Below are positions 1 through 13,013 of a stretch of DNA of 64,000 nt, piece by piece (within the stretch, counting starts at the first letter, position 1; every line of letters begins with the position of its first letter). The notes under the pieces are model-generated. The model saw nothing but the letters and a program-made list of their open reading frames with translations, was not told where the DNA came from and ran no database searches. This stretch comes from Squalus acanthias (Eukaryota): assembly GCA_030390025.1 (NCBI GenBank), contig CM059433.1:9488001-9552000 (forward strand). Reading direction: 5' to 3'. A program made the position numbers and the translations under genes.

Positions 1-390
1 AAAACCCTCAGCCTCTCCATCTCCCTCTCCTCCTTAAAGCCAACCTCTTTGACCAAGCTTATGGTCACTCCATTTTTTTTTTTTGATTAGGCTTCTGTGA
101 AACACCTTGGGATGTTTTCCTAGGTGAAGGCGCGATATAAATGCCTATTATTGTTTGTTGGTTCGTTGGGTTGTTGTTGTAGTGAGACTCCTTTACTAAT
201 TACAACCATTTACCCCATTATTGCTGCATTTTAAACTTACTGCAGGTCAAGTACATGAAATGCATATTACATTGTTTCCTAAATGAGATGCTCACAATGT
301 GATATGTATAAATATGACATGGTAAGGCTCAATGTGCATACTCATGTACTTCCTTTCTTTTTTTATATAAACAAATGCTCATTCACTTAC

Positions 391-541
391 ATCAAGTGAT
401 TCTAGGCAGTACCAGCAAAAGGCATGCTTGCAGTTTTTACACATCATTTGTGCACATCCTTCATCTCTTTCGATATAGACTTTGCATTTTGGGCAACGTT
501 TGATTGGAACATCATCCTCCTCATCATTTTCAAAGAATGAA
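391..541 (-). CDS. RNF144A: RNF144A coding exon 5 (RING2/Rcat); later exons lie left of the window
   Basis: (S)[50 protein letters not shown], 151 nt, AG acceptor and GTAAGT donor. Confidence 0.96.
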
Positions 542-1024
542 CTAGGTGGAAAAAACAAATCATTTTCAAAAAAATATATCTGGTTCAGCTATCTCAAGAA
601 ACAGAGCAGAAAGGAACCTACTGCACATAATTACTCTGGAAACCAGCAGCAGGTTTCTATCGAAACAATGATTTTCATTTGCTATCTGCACCCAAATATA
701 GTCACCCATCAAAAAGCGACAGCCTGTAAAACATTCAGCGCATTTATTTTTAAGATATCTTGCATATCTAGAGGAAATAAAACCTATCTAATCAAATTGT
801 TCAAAGAATTGATGCATCTTTCCGATTATTCCTGATTCAGGCAGGGTGCCTCATACGCCTGAAAAATAGGGGATTTTAATATCGGAACGGAGTGTGAATG
901 GAGTGGCATTTCTCCCACTCCATTTTAACTGTTTGCCTGCCCGGTTTCTACTGGGCCGGGTGGTGGGGGGGGGCAGTGGGGGGGGGGAAAGAGTTAAAAT
1001 TCCCACCGCAATCTTTTTTGCACA

Positions 1025-1312
1025 TGGTGTTAAACTGTCTACCTGCTCAGGTGGACATAAAAGATCCCACTGCACTATTTCAAGAGTTCGACCAGTGCCC
1101 GGGCCAACATTCCTCCCTCAACCAACACCAACATTAACAGTTTATCTGGTCATTCATTCATTTGCTGTTTGTGGGACATTTCTATGTGTACTTTGACAGT
1201 TAAGTTTGCCTACACAACGGTGAGTATGTATCAAAAGTAATTCATTGGCTGTAAAGCATTTTGGGATGTTCTGAGGATGTGATAAGGCACTAGATAAATG
1301 CAAGTCTTTCTG
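1025..1312 (+). mobile_element. Degenerate DeuSINE-like SINE
   Basis: CAGGTGGACATAAAAGATCCC...GCTGTTTGTGGG...CATTGGCTGTAAAGC. Confidence 0.65.
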
Positions 1313-1319
1313 TTTCTGT

Positions 1320-1707
1320 TCGGGAGGGAGTTCCAGGATTTTGACCCAGTGACGATGAAGGATCGGCGATATATTTCCAAGTCAGGATGGTGTGTGACTT
1401 GGAGGGGAACTTGGAGGTGGCGGTATTCCCATGCGCCTGCTGCCCTTGTCCTTCTAGGTGGAAGAGGTCGCGGGTTTGGGAGATGCTGCCTAAGAAGCCT
1501 TGGCAAGTTGCTGCAGTGCATCTTGTAGATGGTGCACACTGCAGCCACGGTACGCCAGTGGTGGAGGGAATGAATGTTTAAGGTGGTGGGTGGGGTGCCA
1601 ATCAAGCGGGTTGCTTTGTCTTGGATGGTGTCAAGCTTCCTGAGTGTTGTTGGAGCTGCACTCATCCAGGCAAGTGGAGAGTATTCCATCACACTCCTGA
1701 CTTGTGC
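1320..1707 (-). mobile_element. LINE family A 3' fragment
   Basis: MEYSPLAWMSAAPTTL..LDTIQDKA motif, shared with 23775-26420. Confidence 0.85.
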
Positions 1708-3753
1708 TTAATATTAGATCCACGTTTCACAGTCGCATTATTGGTGATGTATAGTGTTACTGTTTTATATGCCTTTGCAGCCAGTTATCATTATTACCAC
1801 TGCCATTACCAATTGCGTGCTTGAGCCGAAACACAATTCAATTATTTAATTATCCATTTCAGCAGGCACTGAGAAAGCGATGAATAAAGGGCTCCAAGAG
1901 GAAGCCCAGTAAATGGGATTTTAAATGTCCCAGCAACATTTGTTTCCTTTATCTCCCTATCATATTTCTTTTTAAAATTTATTGTAATAGTTTCTTCCGA
2001 ACTTTCCCAGTTACTCACCGGATACGATTGCACAGCCATCTAAGGAGCTACTTTTCCCCTTGTGGCACTGACTCCTGCTAGGGTACGGTTCCCATGGGCA
2101 CATTCTTCAAGTGTGAGACCCCATAATGATTTATGGCAAGTTATTCAACTTTATGGGGCGTTACAAGCCAAGCCCAATATTCACGCATGTGCACTTTCCA
2201 GTAGGGTGCACGAGAAAGCAATCAGGATTAGGAATTCTGGCAGATTTTTTCCATTTGCCTAGCCTGGGAGAGTGGGGGCAACTGAAACCAATTACAACAT
2301 TCCCGAGACGGGTTTTTCAGCATTTGAACAGAAATTGAACACCTGTGACTTGCTGGGCTGGTTCCCTTGATGTTTGCGAGTATTATTCAGTGACACATTT
2401 AAGGAGAGGCTTGATACATACCCGAGGGAGAATGGAGAAATATGCGGGCAGGGTAGGAAGAGGTAATTCAAGTTGGAGGAGGCTCAAGTGGAGGATAAAC
2501 ACCGGCAAAGACCAGTTGGGCCAAATGGCCTGTTTCTGTGCAGTGGATTCTATGTGATAGTTGACTTTATTGGCGTGGAACTACTGGACTGGAATTACGC
2601 CAGCAACAATCCTTTCATTCCTGGATGTTGATCTGTCGCGGTGTTGAACAGATACTGAATTACAAAATAGCTTCAAGAACAGTTTTTTAAAAAAAGATTA
2701 CCCGCCCTGCTGATTCACCAGAGGTCAGGCCATGGGTGATTCCAGCTTCCATAGAAAATGAAACTTAAAAAGGCTTGCAATCTCAGATCTCCAAGAAAAT
2801 GAGAGAAGTGAAAGAGCATGGGAACAAGTAAAATTGAAATAATGTGGCAGAATGAAAATGGGAGAGAACGTGACAGAAAAAACACTCCCGCACACCTGTG
2901 ATATGATGATGTAGCTGAAATATTGTGCTGCAAGATAGGCACTGAATGGATGGCATTTAAGTACACACCTCTTTGCACAACAACTGCTTAAAATTATGAT
3001 CTGCTCGGCTACCCGCTAATCTTTTGCCAGCACCATTTATAAAACAACAAGATGGAGCTGAATTTACTGTACTGACTAAATTGGAATCTAATTGAACAGA
3101 TGTCAGGCCAACTCTTGCCCATTGAGACTAATTACAAAAAACAGCACGCTCGACATCGTTCTACTCACAATATTAATTTAAAACCAGCTCTGAATTCACA
3201 GAGTGGGGGGGTCAGGCCTCTTGTACCAATATTGGTGGCCAGTAACAGAGCTCTGCACATGAACATCTGCCGCCAAGTCATGGAGTGTGGATGGATCTAA
3301 TTTACGACACAGTCACACTTTGCGAGCTACAGACATCTTTTAACACTCAAATGATTGCGCCTGAACTTTTGGATTAAAATGACATTTTAAGATGGTCAAG
3401 CCTAATTTCATTAAACGCGCAAATTTTTACTTTATATTGATGCAAAGAAAACAAGAGTCAAATCATCTTGCTCCAGTTATACTCAAAGACGAAGGATTAT
3501 ATTTTCCATTCTGAAAAGCAGGGAGAGTCCCACTGCACCGAGCAAATGCTTAATATGGCTGCAAGGCCATCTCTTGACGGCACCTCTTGTTTGCAGTTGC
3601 TCTAAGAAAGTTCGGAGTGGTACCGGGGATGCTGCACTGCACATCTGGGAATGACTTTACACAACAGGAGTGTGGCAGCGCTCACAACAGAGTAGCCTAA
3701 CAGGTATGAAGAAGAGCACGTGCAGGACCTGTTGCCAGTGAGCAGAAGAGTAC

Positions 3754-3967
3754 CTTGTTTCTCCAGGGAGGAATGAGGCAACGGGCAGGTTTTCTTGGCA
3801 AGCCTGCCCTGGATGCCAGTTCGCTTTGCAGAGAGAGCAAAACTCCAAGTTACAGGCTGCACACTGTACCAGCTGCGGCTGCTGCAGTAACTCCACCTCC
3901 TTCACTTGGCAGACGGATTGGCAAGTGGAGGATGGGCACCAAGTCCGGCATGGATCCAAAAGCACTT
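3754..3967 (-). CDS. RNF144A: RNF144A coding exon 4 (IBR domain)
   Basis: (E)VLLDPCRTWCPSSTCQSVC...CAACNLEFCSLCKANWHPGQACQENLPVASFLPGET, 214 nt, AG/GT flanked, phase 1/2. Confidence 0.95.
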
Positions 3968-4299
3968 CTGAAATAAAAAAACAAACAGCTACGTAACCAA
4001 TTTTGTAAATGTGAGGCAGAAATTCTAATATGCAACCCCCACAAAATTTAATCTTCTGGTATGTATTCGCCTATGAACTGTGCAGCGGTCTTGTACTAAT
4101 TAGTCCCTGGACAGTAACAGTTTCAATCTAAACAAACAAGCAATAAAAATGTACTTACAACTGGCAAAATGAAAGGGAATTGCTCATTTGTAGTCTCTGT
4201 GTTTGCTAAATAAGTAGCAGTTCTCCCGTGGCATTACTCATGGTGAGTAAGAAGTTACACTACAGCAAGGGGATGAACGTGGGGGTGAGAATGAGACAG

Positions 4300-4680
4300 G
4301 ATTTTACAGCACAGAAACAGGCCATTCGGCCCAACTGGTCTATGCCGGTGTTTATGCTCCACATGAGCCACCTCCCACCTTACTTCATCTCACCCGATCA
4401 ACATATCCTTGTATTCCTTTGTCCCTCATGTACTTATCTAGCTTCCCCTAAAATGCATCTTTGCTATTCACCTCAACCACTGCATGTGGTAGCGAGTTCC
4501 ACATTCTCAGCTCTCTCAGAGTAAAGAAGTTTCTCCTGAATTCATTACTGGATTTATTAGTGACTAACTTATATTTATGGCCTCAAGTTTTGGACTCCCC
4601 ACAAGTGGAAACATATTCGCTATGTCTATGCTATCGAATGCCTTCATAATTTTAAAGACCTCTATCAGGTCCCCTCTCAG
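4300..4680 (-). mobile_element. CR1 LINE 3' fragment
   Basis: Similar to the reverse complement of 29100-29460. Confidence 0.75.
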
Positions 4681-5212
4681 AGGTGGCCTTCTAAGTTGCC
4701 CCACTCTGCACAAATCTCAGAATATAATCTTATGATTTTTTTTTTTGCTATTCTAAATTCATATCCCTAGCAGAGAGGCCAGGATTGATTTTAGGTTCAA
4801 ACAATAAATAGTAGATCAAGTACACAGTCCATCGGTCCCTCCTTTTAGTCCTACATCATAAACTCCATGAATTTACCTCCCTCTAGGATTCCCAACCTAA
4901 TTAACATCACGCACAATTATCACCTTTACTTTTCCCAAAGGACTCCTATTTACTCGTAATTGTCCATCAATTTTTCTCTTTGCCCGGAGTAATCTTTCAA
5001 CGACGGTATTCATTTTCTTTGTCACACTTTGTCCACTCAAACTAACAGAACTGCTTTTGTCAAAGATTAAATTAGGTCATTAAAATAAATATCAGACCCT
5101 CCCTCATTAAAAATGCTACCTATTTCTGCAATGTATTTCTCATATGCCTTTTATACAAAATTCCAAACAATACTAAATATAGTCTACTTCTGATTACATG
5201 TAAAGAATTTAT

Positions 5213-5583
5213 GGGGGAAAAACTCAGTTGGTTGCGCCTCCTGTTAGCGCCTTAAGAGGGCGTTAATGGGGCGCAAAGCAACTAGCACCCGGGCGCGGCG
5301 ATGTTTGCGCCGCTCGCGAAATTAACTAGACATTTTGCGGTGGCGCTAAACACTACCGCCACGATCTCCTGCGCTGGCAGATCGTGACGTCAGTCGAGTG
5401 CGCAACGCCCCGGTAGCGCCCTGGAGCGGATATTGAGTGGCGCCTCCCTGCCTTACCGCCTGCCGCTAGCAACGACAGGTTGAGGGGAGCGTTTTGCAGT
5501 CAGGAAGGGACTGGGGGAGCGCTATTTAAAGGCGACCGCTTCCTGCCTTTTATTGTTGGTGACATTTTTGAACCACGCATTCT

Positions 5584-5614
<31 letters not shown>

Positions 5615-6116
5615 CTAGAGAGATTCAACGCTGTGTGAAGGAGTTTTGGGTACTGAGCAGCACTTTGCAGGTTCATTTTGATTTGCCCTTCCTTGTATCG
5701 ATTTAGAAGAGACTGTGGGGGCTGCACTCTGAGCTCTTTCCCTGGTACTCTCCATTGTTCTTTCCAGCAGATTTGATGTACAGGTCTCTCCAGGCCGAGA
5801 TTCAAGGCTGCAATGAGCAGGATGTGGATGGAAAGCAAGATCAACCCTCCCCTTTAAGAACTGGCCCGCGCCATTGTGTGTGTGTTCCATTACTGACTGA
5901 CATCACATGAGCTTCGCCAGCGCTCTGAGGTAGCGCCTCGCTCCTCGGCCTTTGCGCCTTAAGACAGGTGTGAAGCGCCTGATTTAGCGCTACAATCACC
6001 TCCAGGGGTGATAAAAGTCAAGTTTGCAGTCGGAGGCGATAATTAGCACCAGGTGCTAATCTTTGCGCCCGGCCGATAATTGCGCCCCAAATGGGGCGAT
6101 ACTGAATTTCTCCCCC
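5213..6116 (-). mobile_element. Non-autonomous Harbinger deletion derivative (MITE)
   Basis: TIRs GGGGGAAAAACTCAGT / GGGGGAGAAATTCAGT; both ends similar to the ends of 54802-58973; inverted homolog of 41336-42225; contains (GA)n at 5584-5611. Confidence 0.88.
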
Positions 6117-7047
6117 GTATGTCTTTAAAGAGTCTCCCTGCCTCCCTCACCAAAAAGGACAGGATACACCAAATTTTCTATGAAATGCAATGTTCCATGA
6201 AATGAGGAAGCTCACATTTTTCTCTCTTGCAGTCAGGTCCAAGAATCATGCAAGCGAATAATGGCAGGAGCAGCAAACTCAGCAGCGAAACAACTTGCGC
6301 ACTTTTACAAGGAGCAGAAAGCATAGGTCACGTTATCACCAGTACAGATGCTGTTGCTACTTGTCTTGTATGCTGAGCATGTGTTCCCCAGGAATTAGTC
6401 AGAAGAGGGGCAGACTCCAATGGTGTATGGAGAGTATGGTTGAAAATAATCATTGCTTGTAATTTGTGCCTCCTCCCCCCCCACCCCTCCCCGGTTACAC
6501 AGGAAAAACTCTTCCCATACCCTACCCCAAATACTCTGCATGGCAGAAAAGAGTTCAACTTTTGTCCTATAGCTTACACTTCTGATTTACGTCACACAGA
6601 ATGGTGGCAAAAGTCTATGCAACCACACAACACTGACGACAGCCTTTCTGCTGTGGTTAATGCAGATTCCTCTCTGATGTTTTTGTGAGCTTCCCATTGT
6701 TTTGTAAGGAAAGGAGTTAATCTCAAACGCTACAAGATTTGGCAGAAAAGCAGCAAATGCAAAGGTGGCAAGAACAGTCATTTTATAAAACTAATTTCAC
6801 ACGCAAACGTGACCTTTTTTGTTATCGCACTGAAGTTTAGTCTCGGTGGTTTTCCCATTTGCCTAAAAAGCTGGTTTTATGCAAAAATTGCACTTTAGGA
6901 TAGCACATACGTAATCTTCTGCTAAAGAACGCACTCCGACAGGTATTGCAATGTTCCAGACCAAGAGGAAAGAGGATTTTTATTTTTAACAAGCCTTACT
7001 TTTGTAATTAAGTATTCTCATTCTGTCCCCTTTCCCCGATATTCATG

Positions 7048-7709
7048 GGGGGAAAAATTTGGTTGCTTTGCGCCTCCCGTTAGTGCCCTCTTTGGGCGCT
7101 AACGGGGCGCAAAGCAACTAGCGCCCGGGCGCGGCGCCGCCAACGCCTCCCGCGAAATTCAGCGGGAGGTTAGCGGCGGCACTAACGGTTAGTGCCGCCG
7201 GCGATGATGTCATCGCCGTGCGCAGCGCCCCGCTCGTGATCTTTGGTAGCGCCCCCTGACTTACCGCCGGACGCTATGTCTGACGGGGTCAGGGGGGCCT
7301 ACCTGTGGCCGGGGCGGCGCTATTTAAAGGCGAGGTGCCGGGCGGCCATTTTTGTTGCTGGCCGCCTGCCAGCACCTGCCTCCGCTCCCGTCCCCGGCCT
7401 CCTGACCCGCCCTCCCGCGGAGTGCCAGCTGCGCTCCATGAGCCCGGCACTTCTCTTGAGTGCCGGGCTCTTTTGCCGGCACTCCGATCCCCGGTGGCCC
7501 AGCTGGGCCCCGGGTCGCGCTGCGCAAGGCCCCTCCCCTTTAAGAAGGGGAGGAAGGCCTGCAGTACCGCGGCGCAATATTCCCTCGCAGCGCCCCAAGA
7601 GGGAGACGGGGCGCTTTCAGTAGCGCCCCACTTCCCTCTTGGGGCACTACCACTCAATTTCGGCTGCAGGGGTGCTAATTTTTCCGGGGTGCTACTCAAT
7701 TTCTCCCCC
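7048..7709. mobile_element. Harbinger-type MITE, GC/CpG-rich
   Basis: GGGGGAAAAATT...AATTTCTCCCCC termini, ATG TSD, subterminal GCGC motifs shared with the family above. Confidence 0.85.
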
Positions 7710-8106
7710 ATGGTGTTTTGCTCACTTAAGTGGGTTTGAGTAACCCAAATTCAGCTCACTTTAAACAAATATCATCCATCTCCTACCTGTGGGAAGATCC
7801 CAAATATTCATCAGTTTGGGCCCTCGAGCCAGAGGAGATGTCTGCACCAGGTCTGTTAGTTTGTGGTTCCCAATGCTGACCACCTAGTGCTGGGCTGTAC
7901 TTAATAGTGACTGATGGAGACATCAGCACAGAGGCCAACACACTGAATGACCGACAGACTGCCCCTTCACTGTAGATGTTAAATGTCCTCTTGCGTCACC
8001 AGGATGCAGCTAACATGCTGGGGCCGCTGGTCCTGGCAAGGATGAAGGTTGGCTGTCGATGACCCCGGCACCAGAGCCCACAGTAAGTCCGGGTAGAGGA
8101 GATCAT

Positions 8107-8436
8107 GGTGGCAACATGGTGGCATAGTGGTTAGCACTGTTACCTCACAGCGCCAGGGACCCGGGTTCGAATCCGGCCTCGGGTGACTGTCTGTGTGGAG
8201 TTTGCACATTCTCCCCGTGTCTGCGTGGGTTTCCTCCGGGTGCTCCAGGTTTCCTCCCACAGTCCAAAGATGTGCGGGTTAGGTTGATTTGGCTATGATA
8301 AATTGACCCTTAGTGTTAGGGGGGGATTAAATACGTAGGGTTACGGGGATAGGGTGGGATATGTGTCGGTGCAGGCTCGATGGGCCGAAATGGCCTCTAT
8401 CTGCACTGTGGGGATTCTGTGATTCTGATTCTGTGA
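8107..8436 (+). mobile_element. HE1/V-SINE-like tRNA-derived SINE
   Basis: A box TGGCATAGTGG, B box GGTTCGAATCC, V-domain-like TGTGGAGTTTGCACATTCTCCCCGTG, CR1-type tail GGGCCGAAATGGCCT...(GATTCT)n. Confidence 0.88.
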
Positions 8437-9996
8437 TCAGGAGGGGGATGAACGGTGACTGGCAGCGACCTGCAATTTCAATGTTCCTCCTGGCTCCACA
8501 TTCAGGCAAGTAAAAAAAAGTTCTGACTTACCTTTTTGGTAGCAGCCTCCAGTGGATCCTTTAAGGACTGCCCAAGGCCAGAGAAAACTGACTGCAGCAT
8601 CACGGTGCATGCTGTGGTCAGACGCTATGCAACTTAGCAATGGGACCTGAAAGGGGCATTAGGCTCATTGACTGTGCAGATGGTGGGCCTAACGCTCGTT
8701 TCAGGCAAGTGCCCAGGACGACCAAAGGCTGCCCTAACCAATATGGTGACCAACACACTAACTGCGTTTCAGTTATGTGCGATCGGCAACAAAAATTGAT
8801 GGGTTGTTTTGCCCCCACCCCCTAGTTTCTCCTGGCTCTAATACGAGAACAGATGAGACATCATGAATACACAAGTACACTTATCCATTTAGGTACTGCA
8901 TTGTTATTACATGCACTATTATTGAGAAGATACATATCAATTAGTCTGTGCTCCCTGAGCCTCTTACGATTCAATACCTTTCAGAGCATTGCCTCTCGAA
9001 TATATCAATAATTATCTCTTTTTATTCTGTGAGCATTTTCTGCTAGTAGGGTCCACCCTCTGTTCTACTCCGTGCCCTCCTATTATGCAGAGGTTTTGCC
9101 TTTAAGCATAAGAGCAGTGTGGATTAAAGGGTGCTTTTACATTACACTGCTCTCGGCACATACAACTTCCCTCATTGACTGCACTCCGAAGAATAAATGA
9201 CCCAACCTGCAGAGAACTTGACGGCACCACAGATACAAAAGTGTGAATCTATGAATTCTCTCCATCAGGTCTAGGGCCTCTTGGCATGCAAGCTAAACAA
9301 AGGAGTCAATCCAGTGCACTCTGCAATCAAAACTTCACGTTATTCAGTGGAGCTTAGCAGGCCTATGGAGACTAGCACCCGACAACAAATTATATAAATC
9401 AGGGAGAGTGGCACAAGAAGGTCCCTCTCTCAATGAGGATTAAAAAAAAGATCTTAGTACGGAATGGTTTACATTACATTGTCTTTACTATCACAACACA
9501 TGTACTGAAATATCCATAAGCTTATCCTCTCTGTTACTATCATCCTTGCTGTATCATTCATTTTTCTCTGTGCAACTATAGCAATTTTTGCACATCTCTA
9601 ACAATCACACTTTCCTTCATGTCCAGTCTATGCACTCTGCTGCTACGCTGGAATTAATATTCCTGCTTTTTCCTCAAGTTGTGCTACTTTTTCTGGGCCT
9701 CCCATCGGGTCTTCCAAATGATGTTGTGTTATCAATCTGCACGTGTCTTGCCTATGTGTTTTGCTGGGAGTAGTTCTCCATTCTTTTCCCATTCCATCTG
9801 ACCAGGCATGAAACATGCTGCATCAATTTGCTGCTCAGTCAATTTACAACGGTACAGCGCGCTCTACAAGTGGGTTCACATATCTTGTAATTTATACCTG
9901 TTCAGTGGATCGCCAACTGCTGGAGAAGTGTTAAAGGAGCATAATTACAAATGCTTAATAATTGTTTTTTTTGTTGTTGTTCTTGCTAACAAAATA

Positions 9997-10415
9997 CAGG
10001 AAACTTTCGTTTATCCGGCATCGACGGGACCGGCGTGGTGCCGGTTTATCGAAAGTACCGGATAACGGAGAGTTATATCTACCGAGGCTATTTTTAACAA
10101 AGAGACTCCAGGCAGCACGGGAGAATCAACTCCTGCTACTGTAGTGTTTCGGACTTCCGACAGCGCCAGGAGGCCGAGTAGTGGCACTTTTGAAAAGTAC
10201 CCCTACTGACTAAATCGGCGTTCGCGGACTCGGACTCGGGATCGGCAACATTGCCGGTTATTTGAGAGGAGTTTTCGGAGCACTCGGCGTTCGCGGAGAC
10301 TCGACTGCGACTCGGCAACATTGCCGGTTATTTGAGAGGAGTTTTCGGAGGATGATTTTTGCCGGTTAAGCGAGAATTCCGGATATTTGGGTGCCGGATA
10401 AACGAAAGTTTCCTG
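9997..10415. mobile_element. Tc1/mariner (Tigger/pogo-like) MITE
   Basis: 24-bp perfect TIR CAGGAAACTTTCGTTTATCCGGCA; TA TSD on both sides; internal ~68-bp tandem duplication at 10216-10349. Confidence 0.9.
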
Positions 10416-11107
10416 TAGTATTGTACAAAACTGCACTTCTAAAAAGCATGCACACCCACCATTTAAATAACAGTTTACAAAAGGGGAGATTAACCCATTT
10501 TTGAACAAAGAGAAAAATACAGCCCATAGTAGCATAAAAACATAAATAGGATGACCAGGGAAAGCCCTTGGTTCATGATCTGAGCAGTTTTTATATCTGC
10601 CTCTTAACTTTGTGCCAAGCCCACGTCATCCTGTTGAATTCAGAAATTTGTCATCGTTTTTTTGAAAGCTTCAACCGTGTGTATTCATTACTCTAACTAG
10701 CAAATTCCTTTGGAAAAAGGGTACTTGATAGGATATAGTATACAAAAAAAAACTCACATTAACAAACCACAACACTGCATTAAAAAGTTTCATCTGAGGG
10801 CTTCTTTTCATTGGGAAACCTGGCCATAAAAACTGGAGAAAATTACTTTTCTCCTGATGAAAAACTTAAGTGGAGCCAAGAATAATGCAACAGAAAGAGG
10901 AACAGGATAGATAATTGTATTGACAACTGACCTATCAATATATACTGCAGTACTTAGTAAATTAGGGCAATTCTTTGAAATCAGCCAATATATAATTTAC
11001 ATTAAAAAAGGAAAATCACTATTAACTTACACAAGGAATGTAACTAAAATCACAATGAATAATTAAAAACAAAGCATTTTCAGTTATTTATAACATAATT
11101 TACTTGC

Positions 11108-11168
11108 CTTTTTCAAACTGCAACCTTTTATATCTCTGCATAAGCTCTGCTGCAACGACACATTCGAT
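11108..11168 (-). CDS. RNF144A: RNF144A coding exon 3 (RING1-IBR linker)
   Basis: IECVVAAELMQRYKRLQFEK plus 1 nt (61 nt). AG acceptor; donor reads AAG|GCAAGT (GC type); phase 1 matches the next exon. Confidence 0.92.
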
Positions 11169-11351
11169 CTATTGGGAAGATGAACAGTGAAATACTGTTA
11201 AGAAATGCAAAAAATATATAATTTTTCAAACTTCATTATCGATGAAAGGAATCAACAATGCTTGAATGAGCACGTTATTCAAAAAAAAATCCTACAGTTT
11301 CAGTGTTACATCAGAGCACATTTATGTGAAGTACATTTATAATGATAATGA

Positions 11352-11862
11352 TACTCTCCACACGCCTGGTTGAGTGCAGCTCCATCAACACTCAAGAAGC
11401 TCGACACCATCCAGGACAAAGCAGCCTGCTTGATTGGCACTCCATCCACCACCTTAAACATTCACTCCCTCCACCACCGGCGTACCGTGGCTGCAGTGTG
11501 CACCATCTACAAGATGCACTGCAGCAACTCGCCAAGGCTTCTTCGGCAGCACCTCCCAAACCCGCGACCTCTTCCACCTAGAAGGACAAGGGCAGCAGGT
11601 GCATGGGAGCACCACCACCACCAAGTTCCCCTCCAAGTCACACACCATCCTGACTTGGAAATATATCGCCGTTCCTTCATCGGCGCTGGGTCAAAATCCT
11701 GCAACTCCCTCCCTAACAGCACTGTAGGAGCACCTTCACCACACGGACTGCAGCGGTTCAACAAGGCGGCTCACCACCACCTACTCGAGGGCAGTTAGGA
11801 ATGGGCAATAAATGCTGGCCTTGCCAATGACGCCCACATTCCATAAGCAAATAAAAAAAAAA
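11352..11862 (+). mobile_element. LINE family A 3' fragment
   Basis: Same RT C-terminal sequence plus tail and A-rich end. Confidence 0.87.
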
Positions 11863-12048
11863 TAAAGCCCACCAGATTATAACCATCCAATGCCAAGTAT
11901 CGTTTCCAGGGTTGGAGAGAGAAAGAAAGAACCACAGATGCACACTAGTGAATGCACAGACACACATGCAGGGAGGGAAGTGGAGAGAGATATAAAAGAC
12001 TTGCACTTATATAATCGCTTTATCTCAACACTTGAGAAAACAAAATAC

Positions 12049-12153
12049 CTCATTTTCCTGTAGATGACCTCTCTTTGGACAGGCAGCATCAGGACAGCTA
12101 ATTACAGACTCCAGGCCCTCTTTAATTAAAAGTTCCACATATTGCTTCAGACA
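12049..12153 (-). CDS. RNF144A: RNF144A coding exon 2 (RING1 C-terminal part)
   Basis: CLKQYVELLIKEGLESVISCPDAACPKRGHLQENE, 105 nt, AG/GT flanked, phase 0/0. Confidence 0.96.
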
Positions 12154-12579
12154 CTGTTGGCAAACCAGAGAAAAGTTATAAAGCTCTTCTGTCCTATGAA
12201 TTATGCATTTTTCCCACACTGTGCAGGTGGAACTTCACTGTACTGAAAGATACAGGTTGAAATTCCCATGATTTAAAAACACTTCATGCCCACCCCCAGA
12301 TCAGGATCTACCAGATTCAGAGTAAAGCCTCCAGTACTCTGCCCCCAACAACGTACCTCAGTCTCGACCATTAGAGCGCCAGTGACACATTTTTTTCCAC
12401 ATGGCACATGAGCTATGATGTGACTCTTTCAAGTGAGATTGCCAATTAGTGACAGAACACGATCAGCTTTGTGCTGTGGGGCTCGTGTCCACTAGGAGCC
12501 GAATTAAAACTGCCCAAAGACCCTGACTTCCCACAAGCAGAGGAGAATTTTATCCCAACAGTCTAGACTGGATTTAAAA

Positions 12580-13013
12580 AAAGACTTGAAAGACTTGCAT
12601 TTATATTGCACCAAAGCACTTTACAACCAATGAAGCACTTTTTTGAAGTGTAGTCACTGTTGTAATGTAGGAAACGGCCAATTTGCACACAGCAAGGTGC
12701 CACAAACAGCGATGTGATAATGACCAGATAACCTGTTTTAGTGATGTTGGTTGGGGGATAAATATTGGCCCCAGGACACCGGGGAGAACTCCGCTGCTCT
12801 TCTTCTAAATAGTGTCATAGGATCTTTTACGTCCACCTTGGAGAGCCTTGGTTTAACACCTCATCCGCAAGATGGCACATCCAACAGTGCAGCACTCCCT
12901 CAGTACTGCAACGGAGTGTCAGCCTAGGTTACATGCTCAAGTCTCTGGAGTGGGACTCTGAACTCACAACCTTCTGACTCCGAGGAGAGAGTGCTACCAA
13001 CTGAGCCACAGCT
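12580..13013 (-). mobile_element. DeuSINE-like SINE
   Basis: Homolog of 16926-17393. Confidence 0.82.

Noticed and set aside
7048..7709. CpG island or promoter of a host gene, with several overlapping ORFs
   Set aside because: Bounded by TIRs and a TSD; ORFs arise from high GC content.
8107..8180. tRNA gene
   Set aside because: A/B boxes continue into a SINE body and tail; it is a SINE head.
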